NCBI GenBank assembly: GCA_902465645.1
Contig: CABQNX010000003.1
Location: 23,180 to 87,179, forward strand
Source of the DNA: an uncultured Peptoniphilus sp.
GTDB taxonomy: Bacteria; Bacillota; Clostridia; Tissierellales; Peptoniphilaceae
Length of the DNA stretch: 64,000 nt
Direction of reading: 5' to 3'
Under the pieces are notes generated by a model. That model worked only from the letters and a program-made list of their open reading frames with translations. It searched no databases and was not told the DNA's origin. The position numbers and the translations under genes are program-made. Below are positions 1 through 9,388 of this stretch, one piece after another. Position 1 is the first letter of the stretch; every line of letters starts with the position of its first letter.

Positions 1-1119
1 AACTTGGGCCTTGCCGCCAAACATATAGTTGATCGAAACCTTCATGTCAGTGTTTATTGCCTTGATGATTTCGTTGGCAACAATGACCTTTGGATCAATG
101 ACCCTATAAATTCCAAGGCTCTCCAAGATTGTGTCGTAGTTATTGTCCTTTTGAATGATAATATTTTTTGCAATCCCATGACTTCTTGCAAGTAGTCCAA
201 GGACTATATTTAATTCATCAGAGTCTGTCATAGATATGAAGACCCCATCCTTAGAAATGGCTTCTTCCTTAAAAATTTTGTCGTTTTTAAGTTTTTTATT
301 AACTACAAAGGCCCTGTTAATATTCCTTCTGTAGTTCTCAAATTTTTCCCTATCAGGTTCAAGAATTTTTAAATTTATATTTTCAAGATTTGAAATAATC
401 CTGTTGAAGTTGTAGTCGCCTGATGCAATTACAACCTCTCTCTCTTCTTCCCTTTCCTTGATTTCAAAGTGGGATTGTTTGAAGTTTCTTATATCAAAGG
501 AAAGGCCCATAAGGTAGATATAGTCACCAGACTTTAGGACAGTTTCTCCGTCGGGAACAATTAGGTCTCCCTCTCTTAGAATCCCAACAACAAGAATTGT
601 GGAAAGAGACCCAATATCCTTTATCTTTTGGTTTTCAAATTCCTCGTCCATGTCAATGTAGTGGCCTGTGACTTCTATCTTGCCCTTGCCAAAATAGTCT
701 GCCTCATAATATTCTGTAGACCCAATTAGTTTTGTCACAAGTTTTGCAGTTTCAAGGCTTAAGTTAAATACATTTACAATATTTGGAAGAGAATTTTTTA
801 TAATTCCTATTTCAGAAATATTTTCCATTTCATCGAGACGGAGAATTATTTTTACATCTAGTCCCTTAAAGATTGATGCCATTATTAGGTTAGTCTTGTC
901 GCTATCTGTTGCTATAATGGCGTAGTCGTACTTATTAAGGTCATGGTTAATGACAAATTCTTCTTCCAAGACGTCTGCCCTTATTTTATTTACACTATCT
1001 GTAATCTCTTCAAAGTTTTTTTCGTCCCTATCCACTAGGTCAACTTCATATTTTTCAAGACTCAAGGCCTTGGCAATAGTTGAACCAACCTTTCCAGAAC
1101 CTATAATTAAAATCTTCAT
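1..1119 (-). CDS. trkA: TrkA-family K+ uptake NAD-binding regulatory subunit, second divergent paralog; partial, runs off the left edge and is absent from the ORF track
   Basis: ATG at 1119-1117 overlaps the trkH stop (TAATG). Translates MKILIIGSGKVGST (GxGxxG). Spot checks stay in frame to base 1 (...NYMFGGKAQV). Confidence 0.85.
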   Translation of the reverse strand, partial: MKILIIGSGKVGSTIAKALSLEKYEVDLVDRDEKNFEEITDSVNKIRADVLEEEFVINHDLNKYDYAIIATDSDKTNLIMASIFKGLDVKIILRLDEMENISEIGIIKNSLPNIVNVFNLSLETAKLVTKLIGSTEYYEADYFGKGKIEVTGHYIDMDEEFENQKIKDIGSLSTILVVGILREGDLIVPDGETVLKSGDYIYLMGLSFDIRNFKQSHFEIKEREEEREVVIASGDYNFNRIISNLENINLKILEPDREKFENYRRNINRAFVVNKKLKNDKIFKEEAISKDGVFISMTDSDELNIVLGLLARSHGIAKNIIIQKDNNYDTILESLGIYRVIDPKVIVANEIIKAINTDMKVSINYMFGGKAQV

Positions 1120-2573
1120 TATAACTTAATAATTTCCTTTCTATGTCTTCCTCTTGTGAAAAGTGCCATTATTGTAAAGAATTCAAGTCTACCTAAAAGC
1201 ATAAGGACACTGAAGTAGAGTTTGAAAAAGTCGCTATAAAAATAAAAGTTTTTCGTAGGACCTATGTCACCAAAACCTGGACCAACGTTGGATAAAGTTG
1301 TAGCAACTGAAGAAAATCCTGTTATTACATCTACTCCAGAAAGGGTAACAAGTCCTGTTGATAAGACCGCTATCACAAAGTAAGTTCCCAGATAAGCATT
1401 TATACTTAGGACCACCTCATCAGACAAGGACTTCCCATCTGACATAACTGGAAGGACTGCCTTTGGGTGAGTTGCCCTTTTCATTTCTCTCTTTATTAAT
1501 TTTAAAAGAATTGAAATCCTCACTATTTTAATCCCACCGCCAGTGGAGCCTGCACAACCACCGAAGAGCATTAGGATTAACAAAATGAATTTTGAAAAAC
1601 TTGGCCAAAGGTCATAATCTGCATTGGCAAAACCAGATGTAGATGAAATTGATGTCACTTGGAAAGCTGAATCCCTAAAGGCCATAAAAAGTGATGGATA
1701 ACCCTTAGAGTATAGGTCTAGGGTTATTAGGGCAATGGGTCCTATGATTATACAAATCCAAAGTTTTAATTCATCATTTTGTAGAACTTCCTTAAACTTC
1801 TTTTTAGAAAGAAGGGCATAAATAGCAAAGTTTGTGGAACTCAAAAACATGAAGATTGCCAGGATAAAATGTACCGAGTTGCCTTCATAAGACATGAGTG
1901 AATCGTTGTAGGATGAAAATCCACCAGTACCTAGAACACCAAAAGTGTGAACTAGGGAATCAAAGACTGGCATGCCAGCAAGCTTTAGGCAAATAAATAA
2001 TATCAAGGTTAAAATTAAATAAATTATATATAGCCTCTTAGAGGATTGTGAAATCCTTGACTCTATTTTTCCAGCAACTGGTCCTGGTGATTCTGCCTTA
2101 AAAATTTGGAAGGCCCCAACTCCAAGCTTTGGGAGAAGCCCCACAGTGAAGACCAAGATTCCCATACCACCTATCCAGTGGGTGATGGACCTCCAAAGAA
2201 TAACTGACCTTGGGAAGGACTCTATACCAGAGATAACTGAAGCTCCAGTAGTTGTAAAACCAGATACAATTTCAAAAAAGGAATCAACGTAAGTCATACC
2301 TGCAGAAATCCAAAGTGGAAGTGCACCAACAATGGAGACCAAGATCCAGGATGCAGTAACTGTTAAGATTCCATCTCTTGGTGACATGGAATTCTTTTTT
2401 ATTTTTAAATTAATTAAAATTAATCCCAAAAAGACTGCTATAGCCATTGGGATTAAGAAGCCATAAGATGACCCATCTCTTTCAACTAAACTCAGGATAA
2501 GAGATGGAGCCATAAAGGCAGTTTCTATTAATAAAATATAGCCTAGTATTTTGGAAATAAGCTTATAGTTCAT
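1119..2573 (-). CDS. trkH: TrkH-family potassium uptake membrane protein
   Basis: Pore-loop motifs SGFTTTGAS, GTGGFS, SSTSGF, GGCAGSTGGGIK, LSNVGPG, MLLGRLE. Confidence 0.95.
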   Translation of the reverse strand: MNYKLISKILGYILLIETAFMAPSLILSLVERDGSSYGFLIPMAIAVFLGLILINLKIKKNSMSPRDGILTVTASWILVSIVGALPLWISAGMTYVDSFFEIVSGFTTTGASVISGIESFPRSVILWRSITHWIGGMGILVFTVGLLPKLGVGAFQIFKAESPGPVAGKIESRISQSSKRLYIIYLILTLILFICLKLAGMPVFDSLVHTFGVLGTGGFSSYNDSLMSYEGNSVHFILAIFMFLSSTNFAIYALLSKKKFKEVLQNDELKLWICIIIGPIALITLDLYSKGYPSLFMAFRDSAFQVTSISSTSGFANADYDLWPSFSKFILLILMLFGGCAGSTGGGIKIVRISILLKLIKREMKRATHPKAVLPVMSDGKSLSDEVVLSINAYLGTYFVIAVLSTGLVTLSGVDVITGFSSVATTLSNVGPGFGDIGPTKNFYFYSDFFKLYFSVLMLLGRLEFFTIMALFTRGRHRKEIIKL

Positions 2574-3963
2574 CTTTCTTTCCTCTCTTCTTAATTGAAT
2601 TAATTGCGTCCTTTAATTTCCCTTCAGAAGAGAAAATCTTTTGAACCCTTGGGGCAACTTCGTGCATGGAGAACAAGACTATCCTGTCGCCAGATTCAAG
2701 GACTGTCTTACCATTAGGTACTATCATGTTTTGACCCCTAATTATGGAAATAATAAGAGTTCCATCAGGCAGGCTCAAGTCTTCTAGGGCGTTGCCACAA
2801 ACTAGGTGGCTTGTCCTTATAATTAATTCGACGCATTCAACTTGACCATTTAGAAGCAAGTGTAGGGCAAGGGAGCTCTTTCCCCTGATTTCCTTTAGCA
2901 TTTCTGCTGCCGTGATGTATGAGGTGTTAAAGACTGCATCTATGTCAAGTTTATCTAAGACCTTGTCGTAGTTTGTCCTAGAAATTTTGGCAACAGACTT
3001 AAAGATTCCACTTTGCTTTGCCACAAGACTCATCAGAAGGTTGGCCTCATCAATTCCTGTTGCTGCAACAAATGAGTCGTAGGTTTGGACCATTTCTTCC
3101 TCAAGAACTGCAATATCTGTTCCATCTCCATTTATAATATTTGCTGCTGGAACCATTTCCTTTAGTTCAAGGCACCTTTCCTTATTTATCTCAACAATAG
3201 TGACATCTATATTTTCTTTTAAAAGAAGCATGGCAAGGTAAAGTCCCGTCTTTCCTCCTCCAAGTATCATTGTACTCCTAAGAGACCTGGTCCTATTTAC
3301 ACCTGTGTGGTCCTTGTCAAAGGCTTCTATGTTTTCAGACTTGCCTGCAAGGATTATGACGTCATTTTCTTCTAATACAGTACGACCATTAGGGATAATT
3401 GCATCTCCATTTCTAGAAATAGCAGCAATAAGAAGGTGATTGATGTTGTCAATGTCCATGATTTTTTTGTTGATAAAGCTTGTGTCATTTCCTATGTTGA
3501 ATTCAACAAGGGAAACTTTTCCACCAGCAAATTCATCAGAATAAAGTTGGTACCTCTTCATTAGGTATTTAAAAATTGATCTTGCAGTTGCATTGTCAGG
3601 GTTTATAATCTTGTCTATTTCAAGTTCCTCTGATATGAAGTCAAGGTGTTTTCTGTATTCAGGGTCCCTTACCCTTGCAATGGCATACTTTGCACCAAGC
3701 TTTTTTGAGATTGTGCAAAGAATTACATTGGCCTCGTCATTTGTTGTAGTTGCAACTACATAGTCAAAGAGAGAAATATCTAGCTCTTCTAAGACGCCAA
3801 AATCCAAAGCATTTGCACAAATACTAAAAACATCTAGCGAATTGGATATGTTTTCGATTACATCTTCATTGTTGTCAACTACAGTTACCTCACAGTCTTC
3901 ATCTAATAATGCAGCTGCAAGCCTGTAGCCAAGTTTTCCGGCACCTACAACTAAAGCCTTCAT
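2563..3963 (-). CDS. trkA: Trk system potassium transporter TrkA (two RCK domains)
   Basis: Two GxGxxG motifs (VGAGKLG, LGGGKTG); 466 aa; adjacent to trkH. Confidence 0.95.
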   Translation of the reverse strand: MKALVVGAGKLGYRLAAALLDEDCEVTVVDNNEDVIENISNSLDVFSICANALDFGVLEELDISLFDYVVATTTNDEANVILCTISKKLGAKYAIARVRDPEYRKHLDFISEELEIDKIINPDNATARSIFKYLMKRYQLYSDEFAGGKVSLVEFNIGNDTSFINKKIMDIDNINHLLIAAISRNGDAIIPNGRTVLEENDVIILAGKSENIEAFDKDHTGVNRTRSLRSTMILGGGKTGLYLAMLLLKENIDVTIVEINKERCLELKEMVPAANIINGDGTDIAVLEEEMVQTYDSFVAATGIDEANLLMSLVAKQSGIFKSVAKISRTNYDKVLDKLDIDAVFNTSYITAAEMLKEIRGKSSLALHLLLNGQVECVELIIRTSHLVCGNALEDLSLPDGTLIISIIRGQNMIVPNGKTVLESGDRIVLFSMHEVAPRVQKIFSSEGKLKDAINSIKKRGKKDEL

Positions 3964-3972
3964 ATATTCCTC

Positions 3973-5121
3973 CTAAAAAATCGCATCAAGAATTACATCA
4001 AATTCGTAATCTGGATAGATGGATTTTAACTTATCTCTTATCTCTCTTTTGAGAGCATCTTTTTCTTCTCTCGTCTTTACAGAATCGGCATTGTAATCAA
4101 TGTCTATATAAATTTTCTTGCCCTCAAGGACAATATCGTGGAAGGAGTAAATGTTTAGAGACTCCCTCACAATTTTTTTAAGATCCTTGGAGACAGCGTT
4201 AATTATCTCATTGCTGCTCCCCTTTGGGTCTGCGTGAATTATTAATTTTATCCCAAGCAGGTCAGAGATTTCCCTCTCAACCTTGTCAACAATATTGTGG
4301 GCCTCTTCCAGAGTCAAATTATAATCTAGGGCTGCATCGATTATCACAATCATATTGTCTGGCCCAAAGTCTGTCACCATCATATTGTGAACATTGGATA
4401 TGCCCTCGTAGTTTGAAACCTTGGACTTTATCTCGTGCTTAGTCTCGTCACTAAGGCCACGTCCAAGAATAATTGAAATGGTCTCGTATATTAGTGAAAT
4501 AGCTGTGTATAAAATAAATAAAGCAACTATTAAACCAACATAGCCATCTAATATTTTTCCTGTGAACTTTTCTATTAATATAGAAATAATTACAACAGAA
4601 GTTATAAGTGTGTCGCTAAGTGAATCCTTCTCTTGGGCCTTCAAAGTTACAGAGTCAATTGCCCTTGCAACCTTTGAATAAAGAGAGGCCTGCCAAAATT
4701 TTATCGCCACAGTTACAATCAAAATCACAAGAGTGGATTTTGGGTAAGAAATGGCAACTGGGTGAAGGATCTTTCCCACAGAAGTCTTCAAAAATTGAAA
4801 ACCAACGGAAAGTACAATACCAGAAACTACAAGAGAAATCAAATATTCAAGCCTGCCATGTCCATAGGGGTGGTCCTTATCTCTTGGTTTGGCAGCAAGT
4901 CTTATACCCAAAATAGAAATAATAGAGCTGACACAGTCTGTGATGTTGTTTACCGCGTCAGATAAAATTGAAATTGAGCCAGTAAAGATATACAAGATAA
5001 CTTTTAAGACGGCTGCAAGTATATTTGATATAAGTCCAAGAAGAGAAGTCTCTTTAGAAATTTTTGCCCTGTCATATCCATAGGCAGATTCTCCCCTCTT
5101 CAAAATAAGTTTTGCGAACAT
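3973..5121 (-). CDS. Cation diffusion facilitator family metal transporter
   Basis: SDAVNN..D, HPYGHGRLEY, DSLSD and C-terminal IHADP. Start moved to the ATG at 5121 behind GGAGG. Confidence 0.9.
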   Translation of the reverse strand: MFAKLILKRGESAYGYDRAKISKETSLLGLISNILAAVLKVILYIFTGSISILSDAVNNITDCVSSIISILGIRLAAKPRDKDHPYGHGRLEYLISLVVSGIVLSVGFQFLKTSVGKILHPVAISYPKSTLVILIVTVAIKFWQASLYSKVARAIDSVTLKAQEKDSLSDTLITSVVIISILIEKFTGKILDGYVGLIVALFILYTAISLIYETISIILGRGLSDETKHEIKSKVSNYEGISNVHNMMVTDFGPDNMIVIIDAALDYNLTLEEAHNIVDKVEREISDLLGIKLIIHADPKGSSNEIINAVSKDLKKIVRESLNIYSFHDIVLEGKKIYIDIDYNADSVKTREEKDALKREIRDKLKSIYPDYEFDVILDAIF

Positions 5122-5316
5122 TAGTCCTCCAAAATTTATAATAATAAAAATAGGCCAAAAGCCCATACTCAATAGATTTCTTCAGTTACAATAATTATAA
5201 CACTAGTATATTAGTAATAAAAGGAAAAGAACTTTCCTATACTCTTGGAAAAAATCATAATAATTTTAAAAATAAAAAATGCACCAGTTTAAGCTGGCAC
5301 ATTTCCTAATCTTATT

Positions 5317-5883
5317 TTAAATAAATTTTTTAAGTTGTGGAAGTAGTAAGCCTTCTGCAACTTCTTCTGCCTTTTCTTTTGAAACTAAAATTTCAACTAG
5401 CTTAACCCCAAGTAGGATTGCAAGGGCTGGCCCCATAGCAGTTATTATGTTGTCTTCAACAACTACTGGTGAGTCTTGTGGGTCTTTAACCTTTAATCTA
5501 TTTTCAACTCCTGGATAGCAAGTGAATTTTCCGTCCTTTAAAAGGCCTGCTGCATCAAGAACTTGTGGTCCTGCACAAATTGCTATTACTTTTCTCTCTT
5601 CATCATTAAAGACATTGGCAAACTCAAGAACTTTTTTGTCATTCATGAGATTTGTAGCACCAGGTTGACCTCCTGGAATGTACATTGCCTTATAGTCTTC
5701 GATGTTAATTTCATCAAAAGTCTTGTCAGCAAGAACTGTCACACCGTGAGCTCCCTTTACCTCAAGTCTATCCTTAATGGAAACTGTATCAACCTTTAGG
5801 TCGGCCCTTCTAAGGACATCAACAATTGTTAAAGCTTCAATTTCTTCAAAACCTTCTGCCAAAAATACCAATAAATCTTTCAT
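5317..5883 (-). CDS. DJ-1/PfpI (YajL/ThiJ-like) family glyoxalase/deglycase
   Basis: GFEEIE, PGG.PG, AICAGP (catalytic Cys), TAMGP. Confidence 0.92.
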   Translation of the reverse strand: MKDLLVFLAEGFEEIEALTIVDVLRRADLKVDTVSIKDRLEVKGAHGVTVLADKTFDEINIEDYKAMYIPGGQPGATNLMNDKKVLEFANVFNDEERKVIAICAGPQVLDAAGLLKDGKFTCYPGVENRLKVKDPQDSPVVVEDNIITAMGPALAILLGVKLVEILVSKEKAEEVAEGLLLPQLKKFI

Positions 5884-5892
5884 AATGACCTC

Positions 5893-6660
5893 CTATTTAT
5901 TCATAATAGAATCAACTGCATTTATAATTGCAGACCTAAACCCATCCTTTTCTAAAGATTTTACTCCCTTAATAGTTGTTCCAGCCGGTGTTGTTACTTG
6001 GTCCTTTAATTCACCTGGATGAATTCCAGACTCCCTCACCATTTTTGCTGATCCAGCAACTGCTTGAGATATAACCCTGTAGGCCATGTCCCTTTGCATT
6101 CCATAAGAAACTGCTGCATCTGCTGCTGCTTCAATGTACATGTAGACATAGGCAGGCATGCAACCTGAAACTGCCTCATAAATTTTTATGTTCTTTTCTT
6201 CCACGATTTCAGTTTCTCCAAAGTTGGACAAGATCTTTCTTATCTCTTTCACTTCTTCTTCTGAAATATTTTTACCAGGGCAAATTCCAGTCATGGAATT
6301 TAAAATTTTTGCCGGTGTATTTGGAAGAGCCATCATAAGCTTTTTATTTGGAAGGCTCTTTTCAAGTTTCTCAAGGTCAAAGGCTGAAGTAATAGAAATA
6401 ATGATTTGATCTTTCACTTCATCTTTTATTGTCTCGATTACAGCTTCATAAACATAGGGTTTTACTGCAAGGATAATTGCATCTGCACCCTTCACAACGT
6501 CTACTTCTGAATCAACTACTCTTGCTGCTTCATTGCCCTTAAAGGCATCTCTCTTTTCTTCGCTCCTGTCGTAAAGAAAAGTTTCTATATTATTATCTAA
6601 AAGACCATGTGCCATGGCAGCACCCATGTTGCCAAGGCCTATAATTCCCATCTTCATCAC
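5893..6660 (-). CDS. proC: Pyrroline-5-carboxylate reductase
   Basis: IGLGNMG, LAVKP, LPNTP, SGCMPAY, VTTPAGTT. Confidence 0.95.
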   Translation of the reverse strand: MMKMGIIGLGNMGAAMAHGLLDNNIETFLYDRSEEKRDAFKGNEAARVVDSEVDVVKGADAIILAVKPYVYEAVIETIKDEVKDQIIISITSAFDLEKLEKSLPNKKLMMALPNTPAKILNSMTGICPGKNISEEEVKEIRKILSNFGETEIVEEKNIKIYEAVSGCMPAYVYMYIEAAADAAVSYGMQRDMAYRVISQAVAGSAKMVRESGIHPGELKDQVTTPAGTTIKGVKSLEKDGFRSAIINAVDSIMNK

Positions 6661-6735
6661 ATCACTCCTTAAGTAGATTATACACGAAATTGCTTAAAAA
6701 TTCATTTTTGTGCTATAATTTGATGAGGTGATTTA

Positions 6736-7296
6736 ATGAAAAAAATTTCTATCTCAAAGTTATTTTTAACTTTTTTTAAAATAAATGCCATAACCTTTGG
6801 GGGAGGCTATACAATTGTCCCTGTTATAAAGGACATCTTCGTATCAGACCTAGAACTCATCGACGAAGACCAGATGATGGATATAGTTGCCATCTCCCAA
6901 GGTGGGCCTGGAGCCATGGCAATCTCTTGCTCAGTCCTGACAGGTTACTACTTGAGAGGACCTCTTGGAGCAATAACTTGTCTTGTTGCATCGGCTCTTC
7001 CCTGTCTTATAATTTTGTCCGTGATTTCAAACTTTTACCAAGAATTTAAGTCAAACTTTTTTATAAATGCAGCCCTAGAAGGTATCAGTGGAGTAATATC
7101 TGCAGTTCTATTTATAACTGTAGCTCGCATGGGAATTTCTTCTTACAAGAACAATCCACGCTTTAGTGCAGCCATGATTATCTTGGTCTTCTTAGTTGCC
7201 TTTTTCACAAGTATCAATACAGGACTAATAATTCTATTCTGTGCTATCGCAGGAATTTCTTATTTTAGTGTAATGGAGAGAAACAAAAATGCTTGA
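6736..7296 (+). CDS. Short-chain chromate transporter (CHR) subunit
   Basis: TFGGGY, SQGGPGA; paired with the next gene. Confidence 0.9.
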   Translation: MKKISISKLFLTFFKINAITFGGGYTIVPVIKDIFVSDLELIDEDQMMDIVAISQGGPGAMAISCSVLTGYYLRGPLGAITCLVASALPCLIILSVISNFYQEFKSNFFINAALEGISGVISAVLFITVARMGISSYKNNPRFSAAMIILVFLVAFFTSINTGLIILFCAIAGISYFSVMERNKNA

Positions 7297-7846
7297 TTTA
7301 TTTTTAATTTTCTTTAAAATCGGATGCTTCGCCTTTGGTGGCGGCTACGCAGTAATACCCTTGATATCAAAGTATGTTGTTGAAGAACACGCTTGGATCT
7401 CTACAAGAGAATTTATAGACTTGATTTCCATTTCACAAATGACTCCAGGACCAATTGCCATTAACTCGGCAACCTTTGTTGGGCAAAATGTCCACGGAAT
7501 CCTTGGCTCAATTCTTGCAACAGCAGGACTTGTCCTTCCTCAGTTCATTCTTATGATGATCCTTGGCTACTTCCTCTTTAGCAAGGGCAAAAAATTTAAA
7601 ATCATGGACTACTCCCTCCTTGGCATCAAGGCAGGAGTTGTGTCCCTCATCTTTATAACAACCTTAAAACTCTTCCAGTCATCAGTCTTCCCTGAAGGAC
7701 TTAAGCTTGAAGGCATGAGCCTGGCAGCACTTATCTCCTTCGTCCTTGGCTTTGTACTCTACATGAAGAAAGTGGACCTATTTAAGCTAATAGGACTAGG
7801 GGCAGTTGTTGGAATTGGAGTCAAATACGCCTTGACTCTTATGTAA
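7289..7846 (+). CDS. Short-chain chromate transporter (CHR) subunit
   Basis: AFGGGY, SQMTPGPIAINSATFVG. Confidence 0.92.
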   Translation: MLDLFLIFFKIGCFAFGGGYAVIPLISKYVVEEHAWISTREFIDLISISQMTPGPIAINSATFVGQNVHGILGSILATAGLVLPQFILMMILGYFLFSKGKKFKIMDYSLLGIKAGVVSLIFITTLKLFQSSVFPEGLKLEGMSLAALISFVLGFVLYMKKVDLFKLIGLGAVVGIGVKYALTLM

Positions 7847-7848
7847 AT

Positions 7849-7879
7849 AAAACTCCTTGGGTCTTCCAAGGAGTTTTTT
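7849..7879 (+). terminator. Rho-independent terminator
   Basis: AAAACTCCTTGG-gtctt-CCAAGGAGTTTTTT directly after the chr pair. Confidence 0.85.
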
Positions 7880-7968
7880 GCTTTTGTATTCAATTCTTTA
7901 TAAATTACATTTCTTAAATTTTTATTTAACTTATTAATTAATTTATAAGTTTCAAATTTTTTATTACT

Positions 7969-8751
7969 TTAGAATAAAGACTCCTCAATCATTTCTTTGT
8001 TCTTCAATTCATCCACCCACTCTTTTGGGAATTCATCGAAGCCATAGATAATTCCTGCCAATCCTCCAGTTACTGCTCCAGTAGTGTCTGTGTCATCGCC
8101 AAGATTTATTGCCTTTAGGACTGCTTCCCTATAAGAATTTGTATTTAAAAGACACCAAAGAGATGCCTCAAGAGTGTGGAGGACAAAACCCGTTGACTCA
8201 ATCTCATCTTCAGACTTATTTTTTATTCCATCAAGACCAAGGTTTTCTAATTTTTCTCCCCCAATTAACTTTCTCGCTATGTGGACATAATCTAGGCAAG
8301 CCTTTCTAGAAATCTCGTGAGCGTGAGTGATACTTGATACAGCTTCAATTTCCTCATCACTGGCATCAGTAAAGGCAAGGGGCAAAATCCTCATCAGAGA
8401 CCCATTTCCATTGGCATAAAAATCATCAATCCCGTGACCCTCACTTAAAGCATCTCTTGTTGTCATCCCCACATCAAATGTCTCTCCATGACAAGTGAAC
8501 TCACCTTCAAAGATCCAGTCCTCAAAATTTTTTCTAATATCCTCGACATCAACTTTGTTTTTATCCTTTATAGACTTGCAAGTGGCAAGGGTCATGCTAG
8601 TATCATCAGACCAAGTCCCAGCAACTTGATCCCAAGTTCCAAAACCCACCATGCCTGTGCAAGTGAAAGTCCCCCTTTTCTTAAACTCAAAGGGCACGCC
8701 AAGAGAATCAGCTATGGCGAGTCCATAAATTCCATCCCTAAGCTTAGACAT
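7969..8751 (-). CDS. ADP-ribosylglycohydrolase (DraG/ARH) family protein
   Basis: G..IADSLG, WSDDTSM, GNGSLMR, GDDTDTTGAVTG. Likely start ATG at 8751 behind AGGAGG. Confidence 0.92.
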   Translation of the reverse strand: MSKLRDGIYGLAIADSLGVPFEFKKRGTFTCTGMVGFGTWDQVAGTWSDDTSMTLATCKSIKDKNKVDVEDIRKNFEDWIFEGEFTCHGETFDVGMTTRDALSEGHGIDDFYANGNGSLMRILPLAFTDASDEEIEAVSSITHAHEISRKACLDYVHIARKLIGGEKLENLGLDGIKNKSEDEIESTGFVLHTLEASLWCLLNTNSYREAVLKAINLGDDTDTTGAVTGGLAGIIYGFDEFPKEWVDELKNKEMIEESLF

Positions 8752-8811
8752 AAATATCCTCCTTCTTGGTTTACTTCTATAAACTGTTAAATCAATTATA
8801 TAAACAAAAGG

Positions 8812-8843
8812 CAAAAAAATAAAGACTCCCCTAGGGAAGTCTT
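8812..8843. repeat. Left copy of a 32-bp imperfect direct repeat (terminator-like hairpin)
   Basis: caaaaaaataaagactcccctagggaagtctt matches 15215-15246 at 29/32. Confidence 0.85.
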
Positions 8844-9105
8844 ATGAATAAATATTTTTTCTGTGTCCTACATCAATGGCGAAGATTATTAACTTGTCGT
8901 CATCAATTTTTGCTAGGAGCCTATAGGCACCAATCCTATACCTCCATATACCTTTGAAGTTGCCAGTGAGGGGTTTTCCAAAAAATCTAGGCTCTTCGCA
9001 ATTTAACAAATTATTTTCTACCCAGTTAGTTATAATTTTTTGAGCTTGTATATCTAACTTTTTTAAACTTTTTAAATATTTTTTATCATAAATTAAATCA
9101 TACAT
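8842..9105 (-). CDS. relE: RelE/ParE family type II toxin
   Basis: GKPLTGNFKGIWRYRIGAYRLL...DVGHRKNIY. Confidence 0.92.
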   Translation of the reverse strand: MYDLIYDKKYLKSLKKLDIQAQKIITNWVENNLLNCEEPRFFGKPLTGNFKGIWRYRIGAYRLLAKIDDDKLIIFAIDVGHRKNIYS

Positions 9106-9106
9106 G

Positions 9107-9331
9107 TCAGAAATCTAGTTCCTTCATCAACTCTTCATGCGTAATATACTCAACTTCGCCCCTAGCTTCTCTTTCAAGAAAGTCTTCAGCCACCTTCATG
9201 TCGAACTCATCTTCAAGTTTCTCTTCCATCAATCTTTTGAAAAGAGTAGAAAGAGGTTCGCCCATAAGATCGGCATAAGCAGTAAAGGCCCTCTCCTCTT
9301 CAGCGTTTAACCTAACAGATACAGTTTTCAT
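9107..9331 (-). CDS. relB: RelB-like (DUF6290-type) ribbon-helix-helix antitoxin
   Basis: MKTVSVRLN...LEDEFD...ITHEELMKELDF; directly upstream of the toxin. Start ATG at 9331 behind GAGGTG. Confidence 0.85.
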   Translation of the reverse strand: MKTVSVRLNAEEERAFTAYADLMGEPLSTLFKRLMEEKLEDEFDMKVAEDFLEREARGEVEYITHEELMKELDF

Positions 9332-9350
9332 ATCCATCACCTCTAAGGTG

Positions 9351-9379
9351 ATTGTATTACATTGTGTTACATAAATCAA
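9351..9379 (-). promoter_or_regulatory. Toxin-antitoxin promoter with a tandem operator
   Basis: Minus strand TTGATT-17-TACAAT overlaps the 10-bp tandem ATTGTATTAC-ATTGTGTTAC, each containing a TGT-N3-ACA palindrome. Confidence 0.65.
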
Positions 9380-9388
9380 TAAAGAGAT

